A stretch of DNA of 64,000 bases from Felis catus (lineage: Eukaryota): assembly GCF_018350175.1 (NCBI RefSeq), contig NC_058368.1, positions 175,400,001 through 175,464,000 of the forward strand, read 5' to 3'. The position numbers and the translations under genes are program-made. Below are positions 52,395 to 64,000 of the stretch, one piece after another (within the stretch, counting starts at the first letter, position 1; each line of letters opens with the position of its first letter). The notes beneath the pieces were generated by a model, which was given only the letters and a program-made list of their open reading frames with translations, was not told the origin of the DNA and did no database searches.

Positions 52395-53700
52395 TTTTTC
52401 TCCCATCTTTAGTGAGATGTAACTAATAAGTATGGTAAATAGTTAAGGTGTACAATGTGTTAATATGTGTATACATTGTGACATGATCACCACAATCAAA
52501 CTAACTAACATATCCATCACATCATATAGTTACCGCTCTTCTGTATGTGTGGTGAAGACATTTAAGATCTACTCTCTCAGCAAATTTCAAATATACAGTA
52601 CAGTATTATTACCAAAGTCACCATGCTATACATTAGATTTGCAGAGCATATTCATTTTGCATAACGGCAAACTGTATCATCTCTCAAATTTCATACCTTT
52701 TAACCAGCACCTCTCCATTGCCCCCACTCCCAGCCCCTGGCAACTATCATTCTACTCGTGGCTTCTATGAGTTCAACTCCTTTAGATTTCATATATAAAT
52801 GAGATTATGCAGTATTCGGCTTTCTGTGCCTGGCTTAATCATTTAGCCTAATGTCCTCCGGGTTTAATCATGTTTCTATAAATGACAGGATTTCCTTCTT
52901 TTTAAGACTGAATAATATTCCATGTGTGTGTGATTATACATACGGCTGACCCTCGGACAATGCAGGGATTGGGGCACTGATCCCCCAAGCAGTCCAAAAT
53001 CTACGTATAACTTTTGACTCCCCCAAAACTAACTACTGTACTAATGGTCTACTATTGACCAGAAGCCTTACTGACAACATAAACAGTCAAGTAGCAATAT
53101 TTTGTATGTTATTTGTATTACAGACTATATGCTTATGGTAAATAAGCTAGAGAAAAGAAAATGTTAGGAAAATTATGAGGACAAGAAAATACATTTACAG
53201 TACTGTACCATATTAATAAAAAAAATCAGTGTGTAAGTGGACCTATGCAGTTCAAAACCATGCTGTTCAAAAATCAACTGTATACATACATATATATACA
53301 TGTATCACATTATCACATTTTTTTATCCATTCATCCCTTAATGAACAAAGGTTGATTCTATACCTTGGCTATAGTGAGTAATGCTGCAGATATCTCTTTG
53401 AGACACCGACTTCATTCCCTTTGGATGTATACCCAGAAGTGGGATTGCAGGGTCATATGGTAGTTCTATTTATAACTTTTTGAGGAACCTTCATACTGTT
53501 TTCCATAATCGCTGTATCAATTAACGTTCCCACCAAAAGTGCACAGGGATTACTTTTTCTCCCTATGCTCACCAACAGTTGTTATCTTTTATCGTTTTGA
53601 ATTTTAGCTATTCTGACAGGTGTGAGGTGATATCTCATTGTGGTTTTGATTTGCATTTCCCTGACGATTAATGATGTGTAGCATTTTTTATATACCTGTT
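52395..53700 (-). mobile_element. LINE-1 3' end (L1MA-like), split by a Tigger element
   Basis: Classic reverse-strand L1 3' sequence (gtgggattgc...tttttgaggaacct...ggtgtgaggtgatatctcattgtggttttgatttgcatttccctga). ORF 53582-53767 contains [19 protein letters not shown]. Confidence 0.9.
52943..53280. mobile_element. Tigger2-type (Tc1/mariner-pogo) non-autonomous DNA transposon
   Basis: Degenerate TIRs cggctgaccctcggacaa ... ctgttcaaaaatcaactg (consensus CAGTTGACCCTTGAACAA), flanked by TA on both sides. Confidence 0.85.
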
Positions 53701-53899
53701 TTTCCTGAACGAAGTGCAACAAAGATGTGAGCGTCCCTCTCAGAATATGAACTCTATACGTCGGCAAGGAATGAAAACTTATGGTATTTGAAAATTTCCC
53801 ATGAAAAGTTCCTTTTTGCAGAGAAGTTCTACTCGCTTGACTTTTTCATGTTTATATTAAAGAACTGAGGAAAACCCATCCCTCACTGACCCATATAGG

Positions 53900-54455
53900 G
53901 TAAAAGGGCCCTTGCTTCCTCTCAGTCCATGCTCAAAACAGGTGCCAAGGTTGTTCTGTTAAATGTTACTTGGTTCATATCAATCCTCTGCTCAAAACTG
54001 TTCACCAGTTTTTCCTCTAACTCTGAAGAAAAGGAAAGTCCTCAAAGTAGCACAATGCAATCTGGCCTCTGTCACCCTCTCACCTTATCTCCTCCTCCTA
54101 CTCACTCTCACTCACTCCACTGGACCTGTTTTTTGCCCCCCCTGTTCTTCAGCCTTGGGGCACTGGCCTCTATGTAGAATGCTCTTGGGGTCTTTCCTCA
54201 TATATCTGCATATATTCCTTACTTAGTTTTTTATGTAAATGTTACCTTCTATGTGAGGCCTTCCCTTTAGCTCCCTACCTAACACTGCATCCCTCGACAC
54301 ACACCTTCATCTCCTTTATTCTTCTCCATAGTATTTTTTTGATGTTTATTTTTGTATTTTGTGTATTATCTCTCTTCCCCTGAAGACAGGGATTTTTACA
54401 TCTTTTGTTTGCTTCTATTCCTCCAGGGCCTAGAAGAGAATCTGGAACATAGGAA
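53900..54455 (+). mobile_element. L2 LINE 3' remnant
   Basis: cctctgctcaaaac...aaatgttaccttctatgtgaggccttccc...gaagacagggatttt...cctagaagagaatctggaacatag. Confidence 0.7.
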
Positions 54456-54899
54456 TTTATCGTAACAAAAAGTGGGAAAATCTAGGCTCAAGTTGTTTTA
54501 TTTCCAGAAGTGTGGATATTTTTCCACACTTCACTTCACTTTTAAAAAGTGAAGAATAAAATAAACCACAGTGATGGTCAACAATACATATGAATGTTGG
54601 CAATATGATACTAAAAATATTAATACAATATTAAAACTCCAAAAAGATTATATGTAGCCTAATGTACTCATTCGAAAATTAAACACAAGTTTTAGGGAGA
54701 CACGTAATTACAAAAAAACTACATAAAAAGGAAAGTAGAGAAATCATATGCATGATCAGCAGGATGGGTATCTGGAATACAGGAAAGGGAGGGAGGATGG
54801 GTTGAAGGTATTAATGTGATTTGATATTGCTTATTCTCAAGATATTGTTTTGGGGATAGGTTCACAGTTGCTTATTGCATTATTAAAAGTCACTAAATA

Positions 54900-55122
54900 G
54901 GGGCACCTGGGTGGCTCAGTCAGTTGAGCGTCTGACTTCGGCTCAGGTCATGATCTCGCGGTTTGTGAGTTCGAGCCCCACGTCGGGCTCTGTGCTGACG
55001 GCTCGGAGCCCGGAGCCTGCTTCGGATTCTGCGTCTCCTCCTCTCTCTGCCCCTCCCCTGCTCATGCTCTGTCTCTCTCTGTCTCTCAATGATAAATAAG
55101 CATTAAAAAAAAAATTAAAAAA
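54900..55122 (+). mobile_element. Can-SINE
   Basis: TSD aaaagtcactaaata on both sides. Confidence 0.95.
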
Positions 55123-55725
55123 AAAAGTCACTAAATAAAAGCAGACCATGCGCTGATCAATGAGAATGCGATGAACCAAGATTAATGATTAACGAAATCT
55201 CTACCCTTGAGATTCATAAGTGTGTCAGGATAGAGATGTGGTGATCAAACTTTCATGATGACATGAAATTAAACATAATCAAGTAATAGTTGATGGCCCA
55301 AACTTCTGGATTCAGCTTAGTATGTACCAAACTGGAAGGAGCATCACTCCCATCCTAACAAAAAGAAAGCTGAATATCTGCAGAAATCACAATTTTCCTT
55401 TAACCCATCAGAGTACTGAGGTTACAGTGGAACCAACTTACTTGAAATCTAAAGAGAGATAAGCATGCCAGTAACTTTCTTACCTGAGTTAGAACCCAGA
55501 CACTTAACAAGTTGGTAAGAATAATTCAGCTAAAATTTTAATGGATTGTGAAAAGCTGAATTTGAGGCAGTCTGAGAGTATAGAATCCACAGGAACAACA
55601 GACATGAGAATTTTCACCTGTTTACAGGTCTTCTCCACATATTTCACCAGGTGCTCACTAGAAAGATTGAGGACACAGCAAAAGGCCAGAGAAAGCCTTC
55701 TTCATGGTGTAGAACTTGCATAGGA

Positions 55726-55946
55726 GGGGCGCCTGGATGGCGCAGTCGTTAAGCGTCCGACTTCAGCCAGGTCACGATCTCGCGGTCCGTGAGTTCGAGC
55801 CCCGCGTCGGGCTCTGGGCTGATGGCTCAGAGCCTGAAGCCTGTTTCCGACTCTGTGTCTCCCTCTCTCTCTGCCCCTCCCCCGTTCATGCTCTGTCTCT
55901 CTCTGTCCCAAAAATAAATAAACGTTGAAAAAAAAATTTTTTTAAA
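55726..55946 (+). mobile_element. Young Can-SINE (SINEC_Fc type)
   Basis: TSD agaacttgcata(g/a)ga at 55711-55725 and 55947-55961. Confidence 0.95.
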
Positions 55947-56914
55947 AGAACTTGCATAAGAAAATGGCTGCACCACAGGAAAGGCACAAAGCTGCGTTCA
56001 GATCCTTCCCTATCTCTAGTGGAAAAGATTGGCAACATACATGACCAGATGAGAAATTTTATCAGAAAAATTAAAAGCATAAGAAAGAATCAAGTGAAAA
56101 TATTAGGAATTTTAAAAGTGCTGGAATAAAGTTTTAATGCCAGTAAAGAGATGAAAAATATTCTCTGAAGGCTCGCTCATCAGTAGACTTGAAACAGTGG
56201 TGGAAAGAATTAACGAACTGGAAGATAAATCAATAAAAATTGCCCAAAATAAAAAACAAAGATAAAGAATGGAACAAAAGAGAACAGAGCATTCACAAGC
56301 TGTGAGACAATACCGAATGTCTAACGTATGTGTAACTGGAATACTAGAAGAAGACAGAAAGAATGAAATGGAAGAAATATCTCAAGAGATGGTGGCAAAT
56401 TTTTCCAAAAGTAATAAAAGATACCAAAGCACACATCCAAAAAGTTCAGAAGATATCAGGAACAAAAACAAAAACAAACAAGCTGCAACAACTTAAACAC
56501 ATCGTATTCAAACTGCTGAAGACCCAAAACAGGGAAACCCTTAAAGGCAGCCAGAGACAAAAGAAACTTGACATACAAAGAAACAAAGACATATGTAACA
56601 GCAGACTTCTCATCTGAAACTATGCAAGCTAGAAGACACTGGAGTGTCACCCTTAACATCCTTAAGAAAATTAATCCAGAGTTCTACACAGGGAAAATAC
56701 TATCCAAAAATAAAGAAAAACATAAAGATTTTTTTTTCAGAGAAGGAAAAATCAGAGTAATCATTACTAGCGGCCATGCACTACAAGAAATGCTAAAGGA
56801 AGTTCTCTAATCAGGATGACAGCAGACAGAAACTTAAATTTACACAAATAAGGGAAGATCACTAGAAATGGCATAAATTAAGGTAAATATAGCATTCACT
56901 TTTAAATTATTTTT

Positions 56915-57130
56915 AAAAATTTTTTAATGTTTTTATTTATTTTTGAGACAGAGAGAGACAGAGCATGAGCAGGGGAGGGGTACAGAAAAAGGGAGACACA
57001 GAATCCGAAGCAGGCTCCAGGCTCTGAGCTGTCAGCACAGAGCCCGACGCGGGGCTGGAACCCACAAACCGCGAGAGACTGACCTGAGCCGAAGTCAGGC
57101 TCTCAACCGACTGAGCCACCCAGGCGCCCC
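56915..57130 (-). mobile_element. Can-SINE
   Basis: Reverse-strand SINE; TSD taaattatttttaa. Confidence 0.93.
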
Positions 57131-57249
57131 TAAATTATTTTTAATTGCTCTAAAATAGTACTTGAAGGTAGACCAAATAATTTAAGATGTATACTGAAAA
57201 CCCTAAAGAGACCACTAAATTTTTTTTAAAGAAGTAATAAAGTATAAGC

Positions 57250-57762
57250 TGTGGTAGGCAGACTTCTAAGATGGCCCCCAATGATACCTTCTTCTGATAA
57301 TCACTTCTTCATGTAATCACTTCTCCTTGAATATGGGAGGAACCTAGAGACGTGCTTCAAACTAATTTGTCAAAATATAATTTGACAAAAGAGATGGAAT
57401 ATCACTTGTGTGATTAGGCTATAAAAGACCAGACTTCCACATTGTTACAGACTCTCACTATTTTGGAGAGACCCAAAGAGCAAGAAACTGAAGGTGGCCA
57501 TAAGCCAAGGGCTAGCAAGAAACTTAAGGTTGCCAATAACGAATGAGTGAACTTGAAAGTATATCTTTCTCCAGTTGATACTTCAGATAAGAACAGAGAC
57601 ACTTAGCTGATACTCTGAAGCACTGGGAGAGACCATGAAGCAAAGGGTTCAGTTCAGCTGTGTCTATATTCCTGACCCCTAGAAACTGTGAGATAATAAA
57701 TGTGTGTGGTTTTAAGCCACTAAGTTTTGGGATAATTTGCTATGTAGCAATAGGTAACTAAT
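57250..57762 (+). mobile_element. MaLR solo LTR (MLT1 family)
   Basis: Starts tgtggtaggcagacttctaagatggcccc and ends ...ttttaagccactaagttttggg...tgtagcaataggtaactaat. Confidence 0.88.
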
Positions 57763-58459
57763 GCTTAAACTAATAACTTAGATTCAATGGAGTAATAAAA
57801 AATACCCAACATAGAAGAAAACAGAAAAAGAGAACCAAAAGAGACAGAATCAATAGAAAATAGCTACCTAGGTGACAGACTTGAATCCAACCATATCAAT
57901 AACGGTATTTACTGTAGTCTAAACACGCCAATTAGAAGACAAAACTTACCAAATTGGATTTTAAAAACTATAGGCTTTCTACAAGAAATAGACCTTAAAT
58001 ATAAACACAGACATGTTAGAACTAATAGCATGGAGAAGGATATACCAGGCAAGTGCCTACCAAAAGAAGACTAGCATAGCTATGTTAATATCAAAGTAGA
58101 CTTCAGAACAAGGATTATTACCGAGAATATAAAAAGACATTACCTAATGATAAAGTTGTCAATGTCTCCTTTACCATAGGTCAAACCATTCTAAATGTGT
58201 ATACACCTAATCACATTGCATGAGAACAGCATTACCTTGATACTAAAACGAGACAGAAATTACAAAAAAACGAAAACTATAAACCAATATCCTTCATGAA
58301 TATAAAGGCAAAAATCTTCAACAGAATAATAACAAGTCAATTCCGATAATACATTAAAAATGTATATATTACATCACAACCAAGCAGGGTTTATTTCAGG
58401 AATGCAAGGCTTGCTCAGAGTTTTATAATCAACCAATGTAATTCACTTTATTAGAGCTT

Positions 58460-59050
58460 CATGCACTTCTCCCAAGCCCCACCTCCTCCTTAAACCCTGG
58501 AAACCACTGATCTGTTCTTATTTTCTATAATTTTCCCATTTCAAGGGTGGTACATAAATGGAACAATACAGTATGTAACCTTTTGTGACTGGCCTTTTTT
58601 TTACTCAGCACAATTCTCTGGAGACTCAGTCAGGTTGTTGTGCATATCAATAGTTTGCTTCTTTTCATTGCTGAGTAGTATTCCATGGTATGGAGACACC
58701 AGTTTGTTTAATTATTCATCCACTGAAGGGCATCTGAGTTGTTTTCAATTCTTGGCTCTTATAAATAAAGATGCTATAAGTATCATGTATTTTTATTTGA
58801 TGAAATCAGACCAATCCAGTTTGAACCCTTTGCTTAATTCTATGTCATTAAGACTTTCTCCTATGTTTTCTTCTAAACATTTTATGGTTTTACATTTTAT
58901 ATTTACATGTATGATCCATTTTGATTATTTTTTTACATAAGGTGTAAGGTTTGGGTACAGGTTCATATTTTTGCACATGAATATCCAATTGTTTCAGCAT
59001 TATTTATTGAAAAGACTTCTTTTCTTCACTGAATTGCCTTTTGTACTTTT
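58460..59050 (-). mobile_element. LINE-1 3'/ORF2 fragments
   Basis: aaatggaacaatacagtatg...tgctgagtagtattccatgg...gatccattttga...gaatatccaattgtttcagca. Confidence 0.75.
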
Positions 59051-59502
59051 TCTTCATAAAATACCGAGACTTATGCTTCTGGGAAAATAGATATACTTTT
59101 CCCTATTCCTACCACTAAAACCTTGGGTATTATATATATAACCTTGGATATTATATATATAACAAACATAAGAAGACTCTGAAAGGTGTGAAGAAGACAG
59201 ATCAGCTAAGAACCTGAGTACCCAAGAAGCCAGCAACCTGGAAATGCCAATGGGCACAAACAAAAAATTCCCAATAAAAGCCTGCTCTACCTGAAAAAAA
59301 AATAGCCTAGAAAGACAGAAAATTTTAATAACTTCTCTTCTCCAGCCAAACACCACAGAAAAAAAAACTGGATCCCAAATAACACCCATGGCAGCAAAGG
59401 CTGAGTGGAGACTTCAGACTTCCACCTTTCCCCTGAATTGAAATGCCCCCTCATAACCCAATGGGGTTATGTCAGAAAAGGCCAAGTAGGGAGCCAGAAT
59501 TT

Positions 59503-59731
59503 TTTTTTATTTTTTTTTTATTTTTTTTTTCAACCTTTATTTATTTTTGGGACAGAGAGAGACAGAGCATGAACGAGAGAGGGGCAGAGAGAGGGAGACA
59601 CAGAATCGGAAACAGGCTCCAGGCTCGGAGCCATCAGCCCAGAGCCCGACGCGGGGCTCGAACTCCCGGACCGCGAGATCGTGACCTGGCTGAAGTCGGA
59701 CGCTTAACCGACTGCGCCACCCAGGCGTCCC
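59503..59731 (-). mobile_element. Young Can-SINE (SINEC_Fc type)
   Basis: TSD gggagccagaattt on both sides. Confidence 0.95.
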
Positions 59732-59859
59732 GGGAGCCAGAATTTCTAACCCCACTGGCAAGTAATGAGGCTTCTCTTTCTTCCCACACTCCCTTACTCC
59801 CCCCTTTCCATTGTTGACACAGTGTCAATGGACATCACATGAGCAGCAGGAAGGCAGGA

Positions 59860-60710
59860 AAAAGAAAACAGAGAAAAGAAGAAACAGAAAACATAAAATA
59901 AAATAGAAGAGTTAAACCCTCATATATCAAGAACTACCTTAAATATAAATGGTATGCGGTGCCTGGATGGCTCAGTCGGTTGAGTATCCAACACATGATT
60001 TCTGCTCGGGCCATGATCCCAGGGTCGTGGAATCTGCACTGAATGAGGAATCTGCTTAAGATTTTTTTTTCTCTCTCTCCCTCTGCCTCTCCCCTGCTCT
60101 CTCTCTCTCTCTAAAATAAAAAAAAAAAAAAAAGAAAAAATATAAATGGTATAAATATATCAATTAAAAGACAGAGATTGGCTGAGTGGGTTAAAAAACA
60201 TGACCCAACTATATGCTGTGTATAAACATTTCAAATATAATGAAGGATATAGGCAAGTTGAAAGTCAAAGGCTAGAAAAAGATGTATTAATTAAAACAAG
60301 GCAGAAGTAATTATATTAAGATCCCATAAAGTAGACTTAAGAGTAAAGAAAATTACCAGACACAGGGAGGAACATTAATTATATAATGATAAAGGGTCAA
60401 TTCACAAAGAACACAGAGCAATACTAAATATGTTTGCACCAAGTAATATACAAAATATGTAAAGAAAAACTGATAGAACATAAAGCATAGACAAATACAC
60501 AATTAAATAAAAAATGAAAATGCGACATACAAAAGTGGGACATAGTTAAAGCCGTGCTGAGAGGAAAAATTATGACACTAAATGCATACATTAGAAAAGG
60601 GGAAATGTCTCAAATCAGTAATCTAAGCCCCCAACTTAAGAATCTACAAAAAATAAAAAATAAGCCCAAAGCAGGCATAGGAAAAAAATAATTGAAATTA
60701 AAGAAATCGA
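59860..60710 (+). mobile_element. LINE-1 ORF2 endonuclease-region remnant, interrupted by a Can-SINE at about 59955-60138
   Basis: caattaaaagacagagattggctgagtggg...gacccaactatatgctg...ataatgataaagggtcaattcac. The SINE is flanked by an aaatataaatggta TSD. Confidence 0.8.
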
Positions 60711-60714
60711 TCAA

Positions 60715-61790
60715 GTTCCTGGGCAGCCAGTGATGACAGGTGGCTGACACCAACTGGTCATGATTCTGTCTACTCAGTTGGTCAGTATCTCTTCAGCAGT
60801 GGATACTTTCTCATGAGCACTGGCAAGTGATACAAAAAATTCACACTTTGTGCCCCTTCCCGTATGTCCATCCATATGCCTCTGTATCAGATCTTTTTGT
60901 CTCCAATATTCCAGTCCTTCCTACCACGCCCCAGATTAGATGACCAGGTCATCGATAGATTCATATGGATTCTCACCTTGAACCACCCCACCTATCACAC
61001 AAAGTGGATAGCCATTTGTGCAGCTCACAACTCTGCCCTTTTCCCTTTCCAGTATCTTTCAGGGCCACTCTGGAACATGGTTATAGTACTAACACCATCT
61101 ATATTGACTTGCACCCACAATGGAAAAATCCATTCGTAAACCAAAGCTCAGACTTTTCCTCCTCTTTTATCTGGTTGTATGGGACCGCTTATATGGCCAC
61201 AGGTGCAAGCAGAGGGAAGGGAACTAGTACAACTGATGTCGGTGACATGAGGATTGGACTATCTGCTCACACAGCCTGCTGCTTGTGCCGTCTGGCCCCA
61301 CTTAGGAACTTTCTGCTGGGGAGTCTTCCTTCGCAGATGTGCTATTTCCATTTTGTGAGTCTGCTGCTGGTTTTTGTTTGTTTTTGTTTTTTGCCTCATG
61401 GCCAAGCGATTTGTTTCTACCAAAGCCTCAAACATGTTAAAGCTGTCTCTCAAATGGCATTTAATTTTATGCTGTGGACAGGATGACCTTGATTTATAAT
61501 TCCACTATGGGGCCCCTTTGGTTGGCTTTTCATAAGCTTCATACTACATCTTTTCCCACTAATGATATCTCCAACACCAAAGGGTCTTCCAAATCATATA
61601 ATTCAAGGAGCAGGACTGCTTATTTCCGGGGCTGGACCTACTGCAAAGCCCTTTCCTGAACTGGGTCCCGCTCAAAGTTGGCAACCTTCTGTGTCAGCTA
61701 ATAGATGGGCCTGGTCAATATTTCTAGGTGAGGAACGTACTGCCTTTAGAACCAAAGAGGTCTACCACGCACGTGCTTCAATTTTTGTGG
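60715..61790 (-). mobile_element. ERVL-class endogenous retrovirus pol fragment (RT thumb/connection to RNase H), decayed
   Basis: Manual minus-strand translation gives ...RQYVPHLEILTRPIY*LTQKVANFERDPVQERALQ*VQ and KDWNIGDKKI*YRGIWMDI...AHEKVSTAEE. These match ERV-L pol motifs as I recall them, with stops and frameshifts. Confidence 0.8.
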
Positions 61791-61815
61791 CAAGAAATTC
61801 AGGATGGATGTGGAA

Positions 61816-62052
61816 TTTTTTTTTTTTTATGTTTATTTATTTTTGAGAGAGAAAGAGGCAGAGAGACAGAGAGAGACACAGAGCATAGTGGGGGAGGGGC
61901 AGAGAGAGAGGGAGACAGAGAATCCGGAAGCAGCTTCCGGGCTCTGTCTGAGCTGTCAGCACAGAGGCCAACGCAGGGCTTGAAAGCATGAACTGCGAGA
62001 TCATGACCTGAGCCAAAGTCAGACCTTAACCAACTGAGTCATCCAGGACCTC
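61816..62052 (-). mobile_element. Can-SINE
   Basis: T-tail, (GA)n tract, gagatcatgacctgagcc...actgagtcatccagg. Confidence 0.9.
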
Positions 62053-62079
62053 CATATGGGATTTTTTGGTCTTGTTTTG

Positions 62080-62975
62080 TTTTATTTGTTTTTATCACAG
62101 GCAAACTCTTTTTGTCCTTTCCTCCTAAGTTTTCAGTTCCACATAGGCCTTTAAAACAATGCAGGGAAAGAGACTGCATCAACAAAAAGCAGATAAAATG
62201 ATCTACGTAACAGCTGATTACTACTTAATACTGAGTAGAAAATAATGGTTCTTCACGGAGAAACATTTCTAAATTATTTTCAGAATTCTAAATCTCTCAC
62301 TTGTTGACTGAAAAAAAACTAATGTATCTATTAGTTAGGGGCCTGAAAAGGAGAAGAATGTTTCCTTTGATCTTTGCCCCAAAATTATCCTAAAATACTC
62401 CATATTACAATTTAGAATTTGCATAACTTTTCTAACATTCTTTAGGATGAAAAGATGGCTTAAATAACCATTACTTTTAACACCGAATATAATTGTCACT
62501 ATGTAAATTGTAGGTTTTTATCATAAGACAATTGGGAAATTTAGAAAAAGCCAGAAACAATTTAAATGAATTGAAGTTTAATTTAAAGCAGTTATATCAT
62601 AATGAGGGATGAATAAAGTGGTGGTTTGCAGACACATTCATTAAAGGGAAACATTGGTAAATATAAATGCCTGCAATTGTATTGCTATGTCAATTTAAAT
62701 TTTATGTATAAGATTAATTTAAAAGAATACAGAATAAGTACTAATTCACCCTTGAAAAACACTTGCATAACGCTTGCGTGCATACAACCATATTTAATTA
62801 ATTTGTAAACAAATACTATTAATTTATAAAGAAGGTAGTTTTTCTATTCAAATATTAAAGTCCCAATACCAACAAAACACACCAAAATTAACATATAATT
62901 ATGATTCAATTTAAAGTTCCATCTTTAAACTCTTCACAGTCTTCTTTGGTAAACGGATCCAAAGATAGGTTAATC
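62080..62975 (-). other. Candidate terminal (largely 3'UTR) exon of the upstream neighbouring gene, possibly the C5orf47 orthologue
   Basis: Acceptor cttttgtcatcttttatttag|GATTAA at 62976/62975, followed by about 0.9 kb of AT-rich non-repetitive sequence with AATAAA/ATTAAA on the minus strand. Identity rests only on recalled human synteny (CPEB4-C5orf47-NSG2, same strand). Confidence 0.4.
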
Positions 62976-63649
62976 CTAAATAAAAGATGACAAAAGTGAT
63001 TCTTGTTACTATAAAACGGTTAATAGTCACTAAAATATTTTAACTTTTCTAACATTGCAAAGCAACAGTTAGCCATTCTCTGTATTCACTGTTTTGGTAA
63101 CTTTTACTTCCAGATTTTTCTTCTCCATTCCAGCACCGGCCAATAATATTGACGACTTCAACAGCCCCATTTACAGAAACTGTGTCACAAAAACTGTGTC
63201 ACAAAGGCCTTAATCTCCAGGCCACTTCAAGGCACTCACAAGCCAGGGTACTGCTTGGGCAATGTCATCATTTGGCACTTGTGCCTTACTTCTAGGAACT
63301 CTGACATTGTTCCTAGTTGATTTATTTCTACACTCCTACTTTTTGTACCCCTACATTCTCACTGAACAAGGCCATTGCCCTCCTTTGGACTGCTGAGCCC
63401 CTGGTCTCCTGTAAGCTTCATCCGTATCCCCCACCACCCCACCATCACTTCTCATTACTCCTGATTAAGCACCCAGAATCACTCTTTGAAACTGAGAACT
63501 GCTCTTCATCCTAGACATCACCGACATTCTGTTCTCCTCCTCTCCTCGCCTCCCATCCTCACACTGAGGTTTTCGTGCACATCCACTGCCAGAACTACCT
63601 ACGACCTTCACGCACCATAGACTGCACACTAGCCTCAGTTTGAAACTTC

Positions 63650-64000
63650 AAGCTGCTCGCTTGGAATTTCTACCTGAACACCTCACTATCACCTAAAATT
63701 CAACAGGCCAAAATGAAACTCAGTAGCTTCACAAAATCGGTTCTTTCTCTTGACTTCCTTCTTTCTTATCTCCTCATTCTCAGAACTCAAGATGATCTCT
63801 CTTATCTCCTATGGCCAATCCTTTGTCTCCCCTCCACAAACTCTGCCACTTCCATTTAAGTGCATTTCACTCACTTGGACTGCTGTTAGAATCCTTGGAT
63901 TTTCATTTCCTATCTTGCCTCCATTCCAAACCGTTAGTAACATCAGATCTGATGTAAATGCAGATCTGATCAATCCACTGCTCTAAAATGTTCTATACTG
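63650..64000 (+). mobile_element. L2 LINE remnant
   Basis: cttggaatttctacctg...cacctaaaattcaacaggccaaaatgaaactc...aaatgcagatctgatcaatccactgctctaaaat. Confidence 0.6.

Larger units (their letters stand above)
55290..58455 (+). mobile_element. Old LINE-1 5' region, ORF1 and ORF2 fragments, interrupted by two SINEs and an MLT1 LTR
   Basis: ORF1-like peptides (HIVFKLLKTQNRE; TADFSSETMQARRHW...ALQEMLKEVL) and ORF2 endonuclease/RT-like remnants at 57860-58450. Confidence 0.8.

Noticed and set aside
59121..59163. 21-bp tandem duplication (accttgg(g/a)tattatatatata); also a 14-bp duplication at about 63177-63204
   Set aside because: Ordinary slippage duplications with no further structure.

Overview
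Mammalian genomic DNA, almost certainly from a felid, judged by the many tRNA-derived Can-SINE copies of the SINEC_Fc type. The one gene I can support is the 5' part of NSG2 (HMP19; calcyon/NEEP21 family, neuronal endosomal trafficking) on the minus strand. It has a non-coding exon 1 (~39246-39385), exon 2 (38193-38343, ATG at 38321) and exon 3 (21421-21504). Together these encode [10 protein letters not shown]...KIAEFT (71 aa). The transmembrane and C-terminal exons are not seen and should lie beyond position 1. Positions 1-39 kb are NSG2 introns rich in MIR, L2 and SINEs. Positions 40-62 kb are intergenic and packed with L1, MaLR/ERVL, Tigger and SINE insertions. An AT-rich block with a minus-strand splice acceptor at 62975 may be the last exon of the upstream neighbour, possibly the C5orf47 orthologue by synteny. 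The best observations are: (1) a frameshifted relic of the NSG1-like 12-aa segment, with its own strong splice donor, just after NSG2 exon 3; (2) a split, oppositely oriented pair of REST/RE1 half-sites in exon 1; (3) a candidate 7-nt microexon in intron 2; (4) several nested-palindrome scars; (5) inverted young SINE pairs in the pre-mRNA. I found no evidence of a new protein-coding system. Almost all listed ORFs are repeat-derived or chance. Repeat family names and boundaries are by-eye calls, not RepeatMasker output.
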